Notes under the pieces: model-generated | The model's input: only the letters and a program-made list of their open reading frames with translations | The model's database searches: none | What the model was told of the DNA's origin: nothing | Program-made: the position numbers and the translations under genes | Origin: Pseudomonadota bacterium | Lineage (GTDB): Bacteria > Pseudomonadota > Gammaproteobacteria > Burkholderiales > Burkholderiaceae_C | Assembly (NCBI GenBank): GCA_041169165.1 | Contig: JBEEJN010000018.1 | Coordinates: forward strand, 18,736 to 82,735 | Length of the DNA: 64,000 bases | Reading direction: 5' to 3' | Shown: positions 19,120 through 28,824 of the stretch, in pieces | Layout of the letters: the number at the start of each line of letters is the position of its first letter | How positions within the stretch are numbered: the stretch's first letter is position 1

Positions 19120-19986
19120 TCACGCGGCTTGCGCCAGGCAGGCCAGTTCGTCCTGCCAGTGCAGCAGTTCACCTGGGTGCACCTGAAGATGGTCCAGGCA
19201 GGCCGAGCCGCGCAAGCTCCATTCGATGCTGGGCGGCTGGCCGGCGATCTGGCCGACGATGTGCTCGGCCACCAGGCCGGCGGCGATGAGGGTGCGCACG
19301 CTGTCGTCGATGCGCCGGTCGGCCAGCGCCTCGGTTTCGTGGTGTAGGCGGATGGCCGGCTTGAGCTCGGGCGCGAGCCGCCAGGTGCGGGCGACCAGCG
19401 CGCCGACAATGGCATGGTCGGTGCGGTGCGCAGCCTGTTCGGTGGCGGTGCCGCTGCGGTCGCGCCGCGCGCGTGATTCGGCCAGGGTGCCGGCGTAGCC
19501 GGGCAGGCTCTTGAGCAGGATGGGGATGCCGACATCACAGAACAGGCCGAAGGAATGCGCCAGATCCGTCGGCACGCCATAGAGCTGGCGGGCAATGAAG
19601 GTGATGGCGTGGGCTCGCTGTGCCGAGACCTCCCAGAACGTTTCCATGGCCGGATGTTTGACCGGCAGGGCGCGCGCGGTGAGGAACTGGGTCAGCAACG
19701 CAGCGGTCTGGCGCAGGCCCAGCAGCGACATGGCCTGCTCGACACCCAAGACGCTGCGCGAGCGGGCATACAGCGGGCTGTTGGCAGCACGCACCAGCGA
19801 CGCCGACATGGCGACGTCGGCTCTGGCGATCTCAAGCACCTCGGCCCAATCCGGGTCGGCCTTCTTCATGACCGACTTCAGCCGCACCAGCAGGTCAGGG
19901 CAGGGCGGAATGACGATGGTGCGCAAGGGCCCGTCGCTGCGGGCCGAATCAAGCTCGGAATCTAGGTCCAGGGCTGGGGCCGGCAT
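19120..19986 (-). CDS. HDOD domain-containing protein
   Basis: IPPCPDLL, DVAMSASLVRAANSPLY, GLFCDVGIPIL, HAIVGALVARTWRL; RBS GAGGA. Confidence 0.9.
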   Translation of the reverse strand: MPAPALDLDSELDSARSDGPLRTIVIPPCPDLLVRLKSVMKKADPDWAEVLEIARADVAMSASLVRAANSPLYARSRSVLGVEQAMSLLGLRQTAALLTQFLTARALPVKHPAMETFWEVSAQRAHAITFIARQLYGVPTDLAHSFGLFCDVGIPILLKSLPGYAGTLAESRARRDRSGTATEQAAHRTDHAIVGALVARTWRLAPELKPAIRLHHETEALADRRIDDSVRTLIAAGLVAEHIVGQIAGQPPSIEWSLRGSACLDHLQVHPGELLHWQDELACLAQAA

Positions 19987-20108
19987 GGCATGTTCCTCAT
20001 AGTCCCGGATGACTTTAGTCAGCCTGCCGACTGACCATCGCTCGAACAGCGCCCCTTCCAATGCGGTATTGCTCGGCGCATCACGCCAACCACGACCAGG
20101 CAGAAATG

Positions 20109-20134
20109 AAAAAGGCGCCCGCGTAGGGGCGCCT
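20109..20134 (-). terminator. Rho-independent terminator of hppA
   Basis: Minus strand AGGCGCCC-ctacgc-GGGCGCCT followed by TTTT, downstream of the hppA stop. Confidence 0.8.
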
Positions 20135-20176
20135 GGTCGTGACGGATGCAGGCCGGTGAGGTCCGGCCCGGACCAC

Positions 20177-22381
20177 TTACTGGCTGGCTGCGGACGCTGC
20201 GGCCGCAGCGGGTGCGGCGCTGGCGGCCTCGGCCAAGGCCGGCGCGGCTGCACTGGCGACGGCTGCAGCGGGCGCGGCGGCGTGGGTCGCCGCCGGCGGG
20301 GTGCTGGCCGACATGGGCAGCAGCGGCACGATCAGCAGCGCCACGATGTTGATGATCTTGATGAGCGGGTTGACTGCCGGACCGGCGGTGTCCTTGTAGG
20401 GGTCACCCACGGTGTCGCCAGTGACAGCCGACTTGTGCGCGTCGCTGCCCTTCTTGTGCAGCACGCCGTCGGCGTCGGTGAAGCCTTCCTCGATCAGCTT
20501 CTTGGCGTTGTCCCAGGCGCCGCCGCCCGTGCACATGCTGATGCCGACAAACAGGCCGGTCACGATGGTGCCCATGAGCAGACCGCCCAGGGCTGCCGGG
20601 CCCAGCACCAGGCCGACGATGACCGGTACCACCACCGGCAGCAGCGACGGCACGATCATTTCCTTGATCGCCGCCGTGGTCAGCATGTCGACCGCGGCGC
20701 TGTAGTCGGGCTTCTTCTTGCCGGCCATGATCTCGCCGCCCTGGAACTGGCGGCGCACCTCCACCACCACCGAGCCGGCGGCGCGGCCCACGGCCTCCAT
20801 CGCCATGGCGCCGAACAGGTAGGGAATCAGGCCGCCGATGAACAGGCCCACGATCACCATGTGGTTGGACAGGTCGAAGGTGACATGCATGCCGCGCGAC
20901 TCGAGTGCGTGGGTGTAGTCGGCGAACAGCACCAGTGCGGCCAGGCCGGCCGAGCCAATGGCGTAGCCCTTGGTGACGGCCTTGGTGGTGTTGCCCACGG
21001 CGTCCAGCGGGTCGGTGACGTCACGCACGCTGTCGGGCAGTTCGGCCATCTCGGCAATGCCGCCGCCGTTGTCGGTGATGGGGCCGTAGGCGTCGAGGGC
21101 GACGATGATGCCGGCCATGCTCAGCATGGCGGTGGCGCCGGTGGCGATGCCGTACAGGCCGGCCAGAGCGTAGGCCGAGATGATGGCCAGGCAGACGAAG
21201 ATCACCGGCCAGGCGGTGGACTTCATGCTCACACCCAGGCCGGCGATGACGTTGGTGCCGTGGCCGGTGGTCGAGGCCTGGGCCACGTGTTGCACCGGGT
21301 GGTACTGCGTACCGGTGTAGTACTCGGTGATCCAGACCATGGCGGCGGTGAGCAGCAGGCCGATCACGCAGGTGCCGAACAGGGCCATGGCGCTGATCTT
21401 GTCGCCCGACGCCAGTTCGACGCCTTCCGGGAACATCATCCGGGTGACGAAGAAGAAGGCGATCAGCGAGATCACGCCGGCGACAATGAGGCCCTTGTAC
21501 AGCGCCGGCATCACGTTCTTCATGTCCGGGCTGGCCTTGACGAAGCTGCAGCCGACGATGGACGCGATGATGGACACGCCGCCCAGGATGAGCGGATAGA
21601 CCACCGCGGCAGCGACACCCGAGGCGGCGACCATCAGCGCGCCCAGCGCCATGGTGGCGATCAGCGTGACGGCATAGGTCTCGAACAGGTCGGCGGCCAT
21701 GCCGGCGCAGTCGCCCACGTTGTCGCCGACGTTGTCGGCGATCACCGCCGGGTTGCGCGGGTCGTCCTCGGGGATGCCAGCCTCGACCTTGCCGACCAGG
21801 TCGGCGCCGACGTCCGCGCCCTTGGTGAAGATGCCACCGCCCAGGCGGGCAAAGATGGAGATCAGCGATGAGCCGAAAGCCAGGCCGAGCAGCGGCTTGA
21901 GCGTGTCGGAATCGACCTTGGCGCCACCACCGGTGAGCAGCCAGAAGAAGGCGCCGACACCCAGCAGGCCCAGGCCCACCACCAGCATGCCGGTGATGGC
22001 ACCGCCCTTGAAGGCGACATCAAGCGCCGGGCCGATGCCCTTGGTGGCCGCCTGCGTGGTGCGCACATTGGCGCGCACCGACACATTCATGCCGATGAAG
22101 CCGCAGGCGCCCGACAACACCGCGCCGAGCACGAAGCCGGCTGCCGTCATGCCGCCGAGGAACACCAGGATCAGCACGGCGAGCACGACCCCGACGATGC
22201 CGATGGTCTTGTACTGGCGCGCCAGATACGCCGCTGCACCTTGCTGGATGGCGCCGGCAATCTCCTGCATGCGCGCGTTGCCGGCGTCCTGCGCCAGGAT
22301 CCAGCTGCGCGAGACGAAGCCGTAGGCGACGGCTGCGAGACCGCAGAGCAGCGCGACAACCAGCGCTGTAGTGATCGACAT
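20177..22381 (-). CDS. hppA: Membrane-bound pyrophosphatase, K+-independent H+-pumping type
   Basis: [34 protein letters not shown] (Lys determinant), [10 protein letters not shown]; multi-TM protein; RBS AAGGAG. Confidence 0.95.
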   Translation of the reverse strand: MSITTALVVALLCGLAAVAYGFVSRSWILAQDAGNARMQEIAGAIQQGAAAYLARQYKTIGIVGVVLAVLILVFLGGMTAAGFVLGAVLSGACGFIGMNVSVRANVRTTQAATKGIGPALDVAFKGGAITGMLVVGLGLLGVGAFFWLLTGGGAKVDSDTLKPLLGLAFGSSLISIFARLGGGIFTKGADVGADLVGKVEAGIPEDDPRNPAVIADNVGDNVGDCAGMAADLFETYAVTLIATMALGALMVAASGVAAAVVYPLILGGVSIIASIVGCSFVKASPDMKNVMPALYKGLIVAGVISLIAFFFVTRMMFPEGVELASGDKISAMALFGTCVIGLLLTAAMVWITEYYTGTQYHPVQHVAQASTTGHGTNVIAGLGVSMKSTAWPVIFVCLAIISAYALAGLYGIATGATAMLSMAGIIVALDAYGPITDNGGGIAEMAELPDSVRDVTDPLDAVGNTTKAVTKGYAIGSAGLAALVLFADYTHALESRGMHVTFDLSNHMVIVGLFIGGLIPYLFGAMAMEAVGRAAGSVVVEVRRQFQGGEIMAGKKKPDYSAAVDMLTTAAIKEMIVPSLLPVVVPVIVGLVLGPAALGGLLMGTIVTGLFVGISMCTGGGAWDNAKKLIEEGFTDADGVLHKKGSDAHKSAVTGDTVGDPYKDTAGPAVNPLIKIINIVALLIVPLLPMSASTPPAATHAAAPAAAVASAAAPALAEAASAAPAAAAASAASQ

Positions 22382-22713
22382 GTGGGATCTCCTTCCTCGA
22401 TGAGGCAGTGTTGTTGAGGGCGTACCAGGCAGCAGCGGACATGAAAACGCCGCTTCTTGTGGCGGCGTGCACGGGCATTCCGACGGCGCGTCAGCGTCGC
22501 CAGCGCCGGCGCATGCTAGGGGATGGCTGCGGCGATCGCAACGCGGGGTGCCCCGTGTTTTCCAGCATGGGCGCCGCCCGGACGCCGCTGGAGCCGGGCC
22601 GGTTGAGGCAACGCAAGCCTGTACGCTGGGCACAGCCGCAAGCGATCTGCAAGACGCCCACCCTAGAATCCGGGCATTCCCTTGTCTCCGTCCGACCACA
22701 ACCCAGACACATC

Positions 22714-23256
22714 ATGAGCCTGTTCAACGTCACGCCCGGCAAGAAAGCACCCGAAGAGTTCAACGTGATCATCGAGATCCCGATGAACGCCGACCCGATC
22801 AAGTACGAGGTCGACAAGGAGTCCGGCGCGATGTTCGTCGACCGCTTCATGACCACGGCCATGCACTACCCGTGCAACTACGGCTATGTGCCCATGACGC
22901 TGTCGGACGACGGTGACCCGGTGGACGTGCTGGTCATCACCCCCTACGCCCTGACCCCGGGTGTGGTCGTGACCTGCCGCGCCATCGGCGTGCTCAAGAT
23001 GGACGACGAAGCCGGCGGCGACGCCAAGCTGCTGGCCGTGCCCATCACCAAGGTGTGCCCGATCTATTCGCACTGGAACAAGCCCGAGGACATCAACCAG
23101 ATGCGCCTGAAGGCCATCCAGCACTTCTTCGAGCACTACAAGGACCTCGAAGCCGGCAAGTGGGTCAAGGTGCAGGGCTGGGAAGGCCCCGAGTCGGCCA
23201 AGAAGGAAATCCTGGACGGCATCGCCAACTACAACAAGGCGAATGCCAAGGCCTGA
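22714..23256 (+). CDS. ppa: Soluble inorganic pyrophosphatase (family I)
   Basis: [31 protein letters not shown]. Confidence 0.96.
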   Translation: MSLFNVTPGKKAPEEFNVIIEIPMNADPIKYEVDKESGAMFVDRFMTTAMHYPCNYGYVPMTLSDDGDPVDVLVITPYALTPGVVVTCRAIGVLKMDDEAGGDAKLLAVPITKVCPIYSHWNKPEDINQMRLKAIQHFFEHYKDLEAGKWVKVQGWEGPESAKKEILDGIANYNKANAKA

Positions 23257-23311
23257 GTGAAAGCCTGCGCTTAGCTGGCAGACTGGCAATGTATTGCTAG
23301 TCACACGATGG

Positions 23312-23341
23312 ATACGGCCCTGCGGGGCCGTATTTCATTTT
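23312..23341 (+). terminator. Rho-independent terminator after ppa
   Basis: ATACGGCCC-tgcg-GGGCCGTAT followed by TTCATTTT. Confidence 0.8.
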
Positions 23342-23410
23342 CAGACTCATCAAGGCCTGCAGACTGCGACGCGCTTGACCGTAGTGCACGAACTTCGGTG
23401 GCCCCCAATA

Positions 23411-23424
23411 AGAAATTAATTTCT
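23411..23424. promoter_or_regulatory. Perfect 14-bp AT-rich palindrome upstream of the helicase-nuclease gene
   Basis: AGAAATTAATTTCT, immediately followed by TCGTCT-atc-AGACGA. Confidence 0.45.
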
Positions 23425-23593
23425 CGTCTATCAGACGAAACGCTGTCACGTGCAGTCGGGTTGCTAGCGTCATAGTTGTATGGTTCTACGAAAGCATCCT
23501 TCCATTGATTTACTGTCGGGGATGTAAGTCTTGCGAGCAGCGCGTCGGCAGTTTGCGGATTGCCGGGCTAAGGTCAACCAGGGGAGCCAAGAA

Positions 23594-26500
23594 GTGATTG
23601 AAGGTGCCGAACGCATCATTGACCTGCTGACCTACATCGAGCAGGTGGAAATGCTGAGGGCCAAGCCGGCCTTTGAAATCCCGAAGGACGCACCGTTCCT
23701 GGCGCACCAGCACGAGATGGTGACATTGCCGGATGTCGCGTTCAACCTGCAGGTCGACGGCGACGACGTCTGGCTACGGTTTCCGCGCTTGCAGGAGATT
23801 GCGCCACCCGAGCTGGATGACGCTCTCAAGCCCTGGGTGACGTTGCCCAAGTCGCCCGACAAGACGCCCGAATTGCGAACCGAGCTCGTTACCTACGAGG
23901 GTCGCGACGTTTCCAGCCGGGCTGCACTCGCCGACCACCCGGAAATCCAGCAGGCCTTTGACTGGTACGTCGAGTACCAGTGGACGCCCTGGGCGGGCGC
24001 AGAGCGGCCACGCCGGCGCGCCATCGCCTGCTACACCCGCCTGTTCGCACTGCAGCAGACCATTGCCTCGGAGGGCGCGGAGACCCCCCTCGAACTCGCC
24101 TGGGGCATCGGCTACGCCACGTGGAAGAAGGAGGGCTTCGGCGCCGCGCTGAAGTACCCGCTCATCGTCCAGGCTTGCGACGTCACGCTCAACGAGAAGA
24201 CCTTCGAGCTGGAGATTCGCCCGCGCAGCGCCGAACCCCGCCTGGAGGTCGACTGCTTCGCCAAGATGGACGTGGCCGGCGTCCCCGCACTGGAGGCCAC
24301 CTGGCGAACCACGCTGGCCACCGCGGCGAGCCGCATCAATCCCTTCGAGCCGGGCACCTACGACGGCATGCTCAAGGCCGCTGTCAGCTACCTGGACCCT
24401 GCAGGTACCTACGAGACCCGGGGCAGCACCGACCCGCTGCCTTTGCCGACAGACAAGCTGCACATCACCAACAACTGGGTGCTGTTCGCCCGCAAGCGCT
24501 CGGTAGACATCTTCCTCGAGGACATCCGTCGGCTGAAGACCAAGGTCGAGGAGGCCACGGCCCTGCCCGGCGTCATTCGCAAGTTCGTCGAACACGGTGA
24601 CGACACCGTGCGCATCCAGCCCGAACAGCCTTACCGCGGTCTGGCCACCAGCGACGCCGGCGGCAACGCGATGGAGCTGTACTTCCCGATGGCATACAAC
24701 GATGAGCAGGTCTCCATCGTCCAGAAGCTGCATCACAACGACGGGGTGGTCGTGCAGGGCCCACCCGGAACCGGCAAGACGCACACGATTGCCAATGTCA
24801 TCTGCCATTACCTGGCGCAGGGCAAGCGCGTCCTGGTGACGGCCAAGGGCGAGTCGGCCCTGGCGGTGCTGCAGGAGAAGTTGCCCGAGGGCATCCGTCC
24901 GTTGAGCGTGGCGCTGCTGTCCGACGAACGGGACGGCATGAAGCAGTTCGAGCATGCCATCCAGATCATCGCGTCCAGCGTCGCCGGCATCAATCCCACG
25001 CGGTCGGCCGCGGCCATCGCCGCCGCGGAGGACAAGCTCAACCACCTGCATGCCAAGATTTCTCAGGTAGACCGGAATGTGGCGGCGCATGCCCACCGGC
25101 ACATGGAGAAGTTCTCCTACCAGGGCAAGGACCTGATGTCGGAGGAACTGGCCAGGCTGGCCCTGGAGCAGGCCGAGCAGCACCAGTGGTTCGACGACGA
25201 GCCGCCAGCATCCAAGGATGGCGTCCTGCCGGTGGACGAGGCCGCCGTCAACAGCTTGCGCCGAGCGCGCCTGGCCGTCGGCGCAGACATCGTATACGTG
25301 GGCTGCACGCTGCCGGCCGCCGATGCCTTCCCGCTGTGGAATGACCTGGTCGGGCTGCACCGGGACCTGGTCAAGGCCAAGGCCATCGACTCCAGCGTGG
25401 TGCATGGCAACACCCTGGCCTTGGTCGATGCGCAGCTGTCCACCTTCGAGAAGGCCCAGGCGCTGGTCAAGTTCCTGGATGAGCGACTGACCCTCAAGAC
25501 CAAGTTGCTGGGTGCGCGGGCGCCGTGGCTGGATGCGCTGAGCCGCAGGATGGGCGACCTGCAGCCTGCCGACCCGGTCCTTCAGTCACTGTTTGCGGTC
25601 TGCGACGAGGTCCGCAAGCTTGAGCGCGAGCGACGGGAACTCCTGGGCAAGGCCGTCTCGGTGCCGCCTGACGCCGAGCAGAGCGCAGACTTTGCCAACG
25701 CTCTGAGCCGCCTGGTGGCGGGGAAGTCAGCCTTCGCCATTCCGTTTGGTTTGCTCCAGGGGGATGCTCGAAAGCTGGTGGCGGCCGTCACGGTCCAAGG
25801 CGTCCCGCCAGCCGGCCGCCCAGAGTGGGAATTGGTCGAGCAGGCAGTCGCGTGGCGACTGGCCGCCCGCAAGGTGCTGGCCCGGTGGGCGGCGCTCGCC
25901 GGCGAGTTCGGGCTGGAGCCCGGGCACGGCGCCATCGATGACTGGTTCCGCCTCGTCGCCCAATGGGAGTCGACCGTCGAGGGCGTCCGCAAGCTTCGGT
26001 TCGACTTCGACGCGCACCTTCATGGCCGATTGGCCGAGGTCTTCGGCAAGCCCGTCGCTGACAAGGTGCACGACGGTGGTGAAGCCTTCGTCGCCAACGC
26101 TTTTGCCAGCCTGCAGGCCCACCTGGACAAGAGCCGCCTGGCCTACGCACTGCGGCGTGTCCAGGAACTGCTGCGTTTGCTCGACGGGCACCAAGGCGGC
26201 ATCGTCGATGAACTGCGCGGTTTCCTCGCGGAGTCGCTGGGACGCCCGACGGCCGACGAAGGGGTGCTGCAGACCACCTGGCAAGCCCTTCAGTCGGAGC
26301 TGTCCCGGCTGACCCTGTTGCTCCCGTCGCTCGCGGAAATCGACCGCGTGACGGCAGCGCTCACCGCGGCCGGCGCCACACGGTGGGCGGCCAAGCTGCG
26401 GACGCAAGCGGCAAGCTCCGACCTGGACACGCTCACACCGCCGACCTGGGCCGAGGCCTGGGCCTGGCGCCAAGCCGTGATGTTCCTCGACAGCATCGAC

Positions 26501-28096
26501 GGTCATCACACGCTGAGGGAACTGTTCGCCGAGCGCAAACAGCTGACCACCACCTTGGCGCGGACCTACCAGGAATTGGTGGCCGAGAAGACGTGGCTTG
26601 GGGTGTTCAACAACTCCCCAGATTCTGTGCGTCGAGCGCTGCAAGCCTACCTCGCGGCCATTAGAGCAATCGGCAAAGGTACTGGTGTGGGAGCCGCCAT
26701 GTACCGCCGCGATGCAAGGAACGCGATGGCACGAGCCTACTCGGCAGTACCCTGCTGGGTCTTGCCGCATTGGCGTGTGTCCGAATCAATACCGTCTGAT
26801 GTTGGAGTGTTCGACCTTGTGGTGGTTGACGAGGCGTCGCAGTCCGATATCTCATGCCTCCCTGCCATATTGCGTGGCAAGAAGCTTTTGATCGTCGGCG
26901 ATGACAAGCAGGTTTCTCCTTCCGCCGTTGGCTTAGCGACGCAGGTCGTCCTCAGCCTTCGGGCGCGCTTTCTTCAAGAGATTCCTCAGGGTGAACTGAT
27001 GACCCCGGAGAGGTCGTTTTACGACTTGGCGCAAGTGGTCTTCGCCGGCAACTCGGTCATGCTCAAGGAGCACTTCCGCTGCGTGTCGCCCATCATCGAG
27101 TTCTCGAACCGCGAGTTCTATCAGGGTGACATCCGGCCGCTGCGTGTGCCCAAGGCCAACGAGCGCCTGGACCCGCCACTGGTCGACGTGTTCGTGAAGG
27201 GAGGCTTCCGCAAGGGCGACGTCAACGAGGCGGAGGCACTCGCCATCCTGGAGGAAATCCGGGCCATCCTGCGGGACCCGCAGTTCGACGGTCGGTCCAT
27301 CGGCGTGGTCACCTTGCTGGGCACCGCCCAGGCCGCGCTCATCCATGAACTCGTCGCGGAGACGATTCCGCAGGGCGACATCGTCGCCCGCAAGATAGCC
27401 GTGGGCCCACCTCCGGTCTTCCAGGGCCGCGAGCGCGACATCATGATGGTGTCAATGGTGTTAGCGCAAGGTGACCGCACCGCGGCGAACAAGGCCGACA
27501 TCCAGCAGCGAATTAACGTGGCGATGTCCCGCGCGCGCGACCGGATGTACCTGTTCCGCTCGGTGCCGGACAACCAGTTCTCCGAGGATTCGCTCAGCGG
27601 CCGCATCATTCGCCACTTCCAGCAGCCTTTCCAGCGAGATGCCAAGAAGGTGCAGTCGTTGCGTGACCTGTGCGAGTCCGGCTCCGAGCGCGAGATGTTC
27701 GACGAACTGGTAAAGCGTGGCTACCGCGTGCAACCCCAGGTGCCTTGTGGTGGTTACCGCATTGACTTCGTGGTGGAAGGCAATGAGGGGCGCCGCCTGG
27801 CTGTCGAGTGTGACGGCGACCGCTTCCACGGGCCAGGCCAGTGGCAACACGACATGGTTCGGCAGCGCGTTCTAGAACGCGCTGGCTGGACCTTCTGGCG
27901 CTGCTTTGCCTCAAGTTTCGTGCGGCGCCGAGACGAGGTGGTGCAGGACCTGATGGACACCCTGCACCGGCTGGGCATCGAACCCCTGGGCGCCGACGTG
28001 GTCGACAACACCGTGTGGGTGCACCATAAGGAAGTGGACCCGTTCGCCGTCGACGCCGATGAGGCCGACCCAGCCGAAGAGCAGGAGGTCGCATGA
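23594..28096 (+). CDS. Large SF1 (UPF1/DNA2-like, AAA_11/AAA_12) helicase with C-terminal DUF559/MTES_1575-like nuclease
   Basis: GPPGTGKT (24758-24781), DEASQ (from 26828), GDDKQ, EHFRC, FQGRERD, NVAMSRAR, then IDFVV...AVECDGDRFH...RQRVLERAGW; RBS GGGGAG before GTG 23594. Confidence 0.88.
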   Translation: MIEGAERIIDLLTYIEQVEMLRAKPAFEIPKDAPFLAHQHEMVTLPDVAFNLQVDGDDVWLRFPRLQEIAPPELDDALKPWVTLPKSPDKTPELRTELVTYEGRDVSSRAALADHPEIQQAFDWYVEYQWTPWAGAERPRRRAIACYTRLFALQQTIASEGAETPLELAWGIGYATWKKEGFGAALKYPLIVQACDVTLNEKTFELEIRPRSAEPRLEVDCFAKMDVAGVPALEATWRTTLATAASRINPFEPGTYDGMLKAAVSYLDPAGTYETRGSTDPLPLPTDKLHITNNWVLFARKRSVDIFLEDIRRLKTKVEEATALPGVIRKFVEHGDDTVRIQPEQPYRGLATSDAGGNAMELYFPMAYNDEQVSIVQKLHHNDGVVVQGPPGTGKTHTIANVICHYLAQGKRVLVTAKGESALAVLQEKLPEGIRPLSVALLSDERDGMKQFEHAIQIIASSVAGINPTRSAAAIAAAEDKLNHLHAKISQVDRNVAAHAHRHMEKFSYQGKDLMSEELARLALEQAEQHQWFDDEPPASKDGVLPVDEAAVNSLRRARLAVGADIVYVGCTLPAADAFPLWNDLVGLHRDLVKAKAIDSSVVHGNTLALVDAQLSTFEKAQALVKFLDERLTLKTKLLGARAPWLDALSRRMGDLQPADPVLQSLFAVCDEVRKLERERRELLGKAVSVPPDAEQSADFANALSRLVAGKSAFAIPFGLLQGDARKLVAAVTVQGVPPAGRPEWELVEQAVAWRLAARKVLARWAALAGEFGLEPGHGAIDDWFRLVAQWESTVEGVRKLRFDFDAHLHGRLAEVFGKPVADKVHDGGEAFVANAFASLQAHLDKSRLAYALRRVQELLRLLDGHQGGIVDELRGFLAESLGRPTADEGVLQTTWQALQSELSRLTLLLPSLAEIDRVTAALTAAGATRWAAKLRTQAASSDLDTLTPPTWAEAWAWRQAVMFLDSIDGHHTLRELFAERKQLTTTLARTYQELVAEKTWLGVFNNSPDSVRRALQAYLAAIRAIGKGTGVGAAMYRRDARNAMARAYSAVPCWVLPHWRVSESIPSDVGVFDLVVVDEASQSDISCLPAILRGKKLLIVGDDKQVSPSAVGLATQVVLSLRARFLQEIPQGELMTPERSFYDLAQVVFAGNSVMLKEHFRCVSPIIEFSNREFYQGDIRPLRVPKANERLDPPLVDVFVKGGFRKGDVNEAEALAILEEIRAILRDPQFDGRSIGVVTLLGTAQAALIHELVAETIPQGDIVARKIAVGPPPVFQGRERDIMMVSMVLAQGDRTAANKADIQQRINVAMSRARDRMYLFRSVPDNQFSEDSLSGRIIRHFQQPFQRDAKKVQSLRDLCESGSEREMFDELVKRGYRVQPQVPCGGYRIDFVVEGNEGRRLAVECDGDRFHGPGQWQHDMVRQRVLERAGWTFWRCFASSFVRRRDEVVQDLMDTLHRLGIEPLGADVVDNTVWVHHKEVDPFAVDADEADPAEEQEVA

Positions 28097-28725
28097 CCAT
28101 GCCCCGCCCACTCATGCATTTACGAATTGGGGACCTCGAGGAGATGTTTGCCTCTGCCGCGGGCAAACCTGACGTGCTACGGCAACTGGAGCACGAACTT
28201 CAATTTCGCCAGGTGCCACGAGCCCTGACTCTGCTAGACAAGGTGCAACGTTCGAAGGCAGCGGCAGTAGCTGGAAGGCCCGTCGAACCTCTGGCGCCAG
28301 CAACACCGGTCGCAACGCCGGAGAAGCCTGCAGAGGCACCTGTGCAGAACGCCGCGCCTCCCGCAGTTCAGCTGTCGCTCATCAGCACCCCGGCACTGTC
28401 AGTCCAGCCAGAGCGTCGGCCGCTGATCAGCGCGCTCACGTCAACCTCTACACCAGCCCAGCCACCCCGCCCCGGCGTACCGGCTCCGGCGCGGCCCGTT
28501 CCGCCGGCAATGTCCCTTGCCGATGCCTGCCGGCTCCTGAACGTGGCACCGGGAGCCAGTTGGGAGACCATTGAGCGCGCGCGACGCGAAGCGGTGCAAA
28601 AGTCGTCGCCTTTAGGAACAGGGACATCAGACGCGCATCGTGGGCCTGCGCTGGCGGCGGCCCGATTGGCAAACTCTGCGTATGCGGCGTTGGCTGCGAT
28701 GCGATGCACTTCAATATTGGACTAG
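28093..28725 (+). CDS. Hypothetical protein: short helical N-domain, Pro/Ala linker, C-terminal J-domain-like region lacking HPD
   Basis: ATGA overlap with the helicase stop; LADACRLLNVAPGASWETIERARR...QKSSP...ANSAYAAL follows the J-domain pattern with SSP at the HPD position. Confidence 0.7.
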   Translation: MTMPRPLMHLRIGDLEEMFASAAGKPDVLRQLEHELQFRQVPRALTLLDKVQRSKAAAVAGRPVEPLAPATPVATPEKPAEAPVQNAAPPAVQLSLISTPALSVQPERRPLISALTSTSTPAQPPRPGVPAPARPVPPAMSLADACRLLNVAPGASWETIERARREAVQKSSPLGTGTSDAHRGPALAAARLANSAYAALAAMRCTSILD

Positions 28726-28824
28726 GCCACGAAATGAAGATGGTTGACCAAGCGTTCAAATCGGAAGCAGCGGGTGTTCAGAGTGTTCGATCTAGCTGAT
28801 GCACGACATCGTTGGGCACCCGCC

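Larger units (their letters stand above)
23342..28820. other. Accessory insertion between ppa and the GNAT gene (putative defence cassette)
   Basis: AT-richer leader and trailer, two co-transcribed non-housekeeping genes; no integrase or flanking direct repeats seen. Confidence 0.6.
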
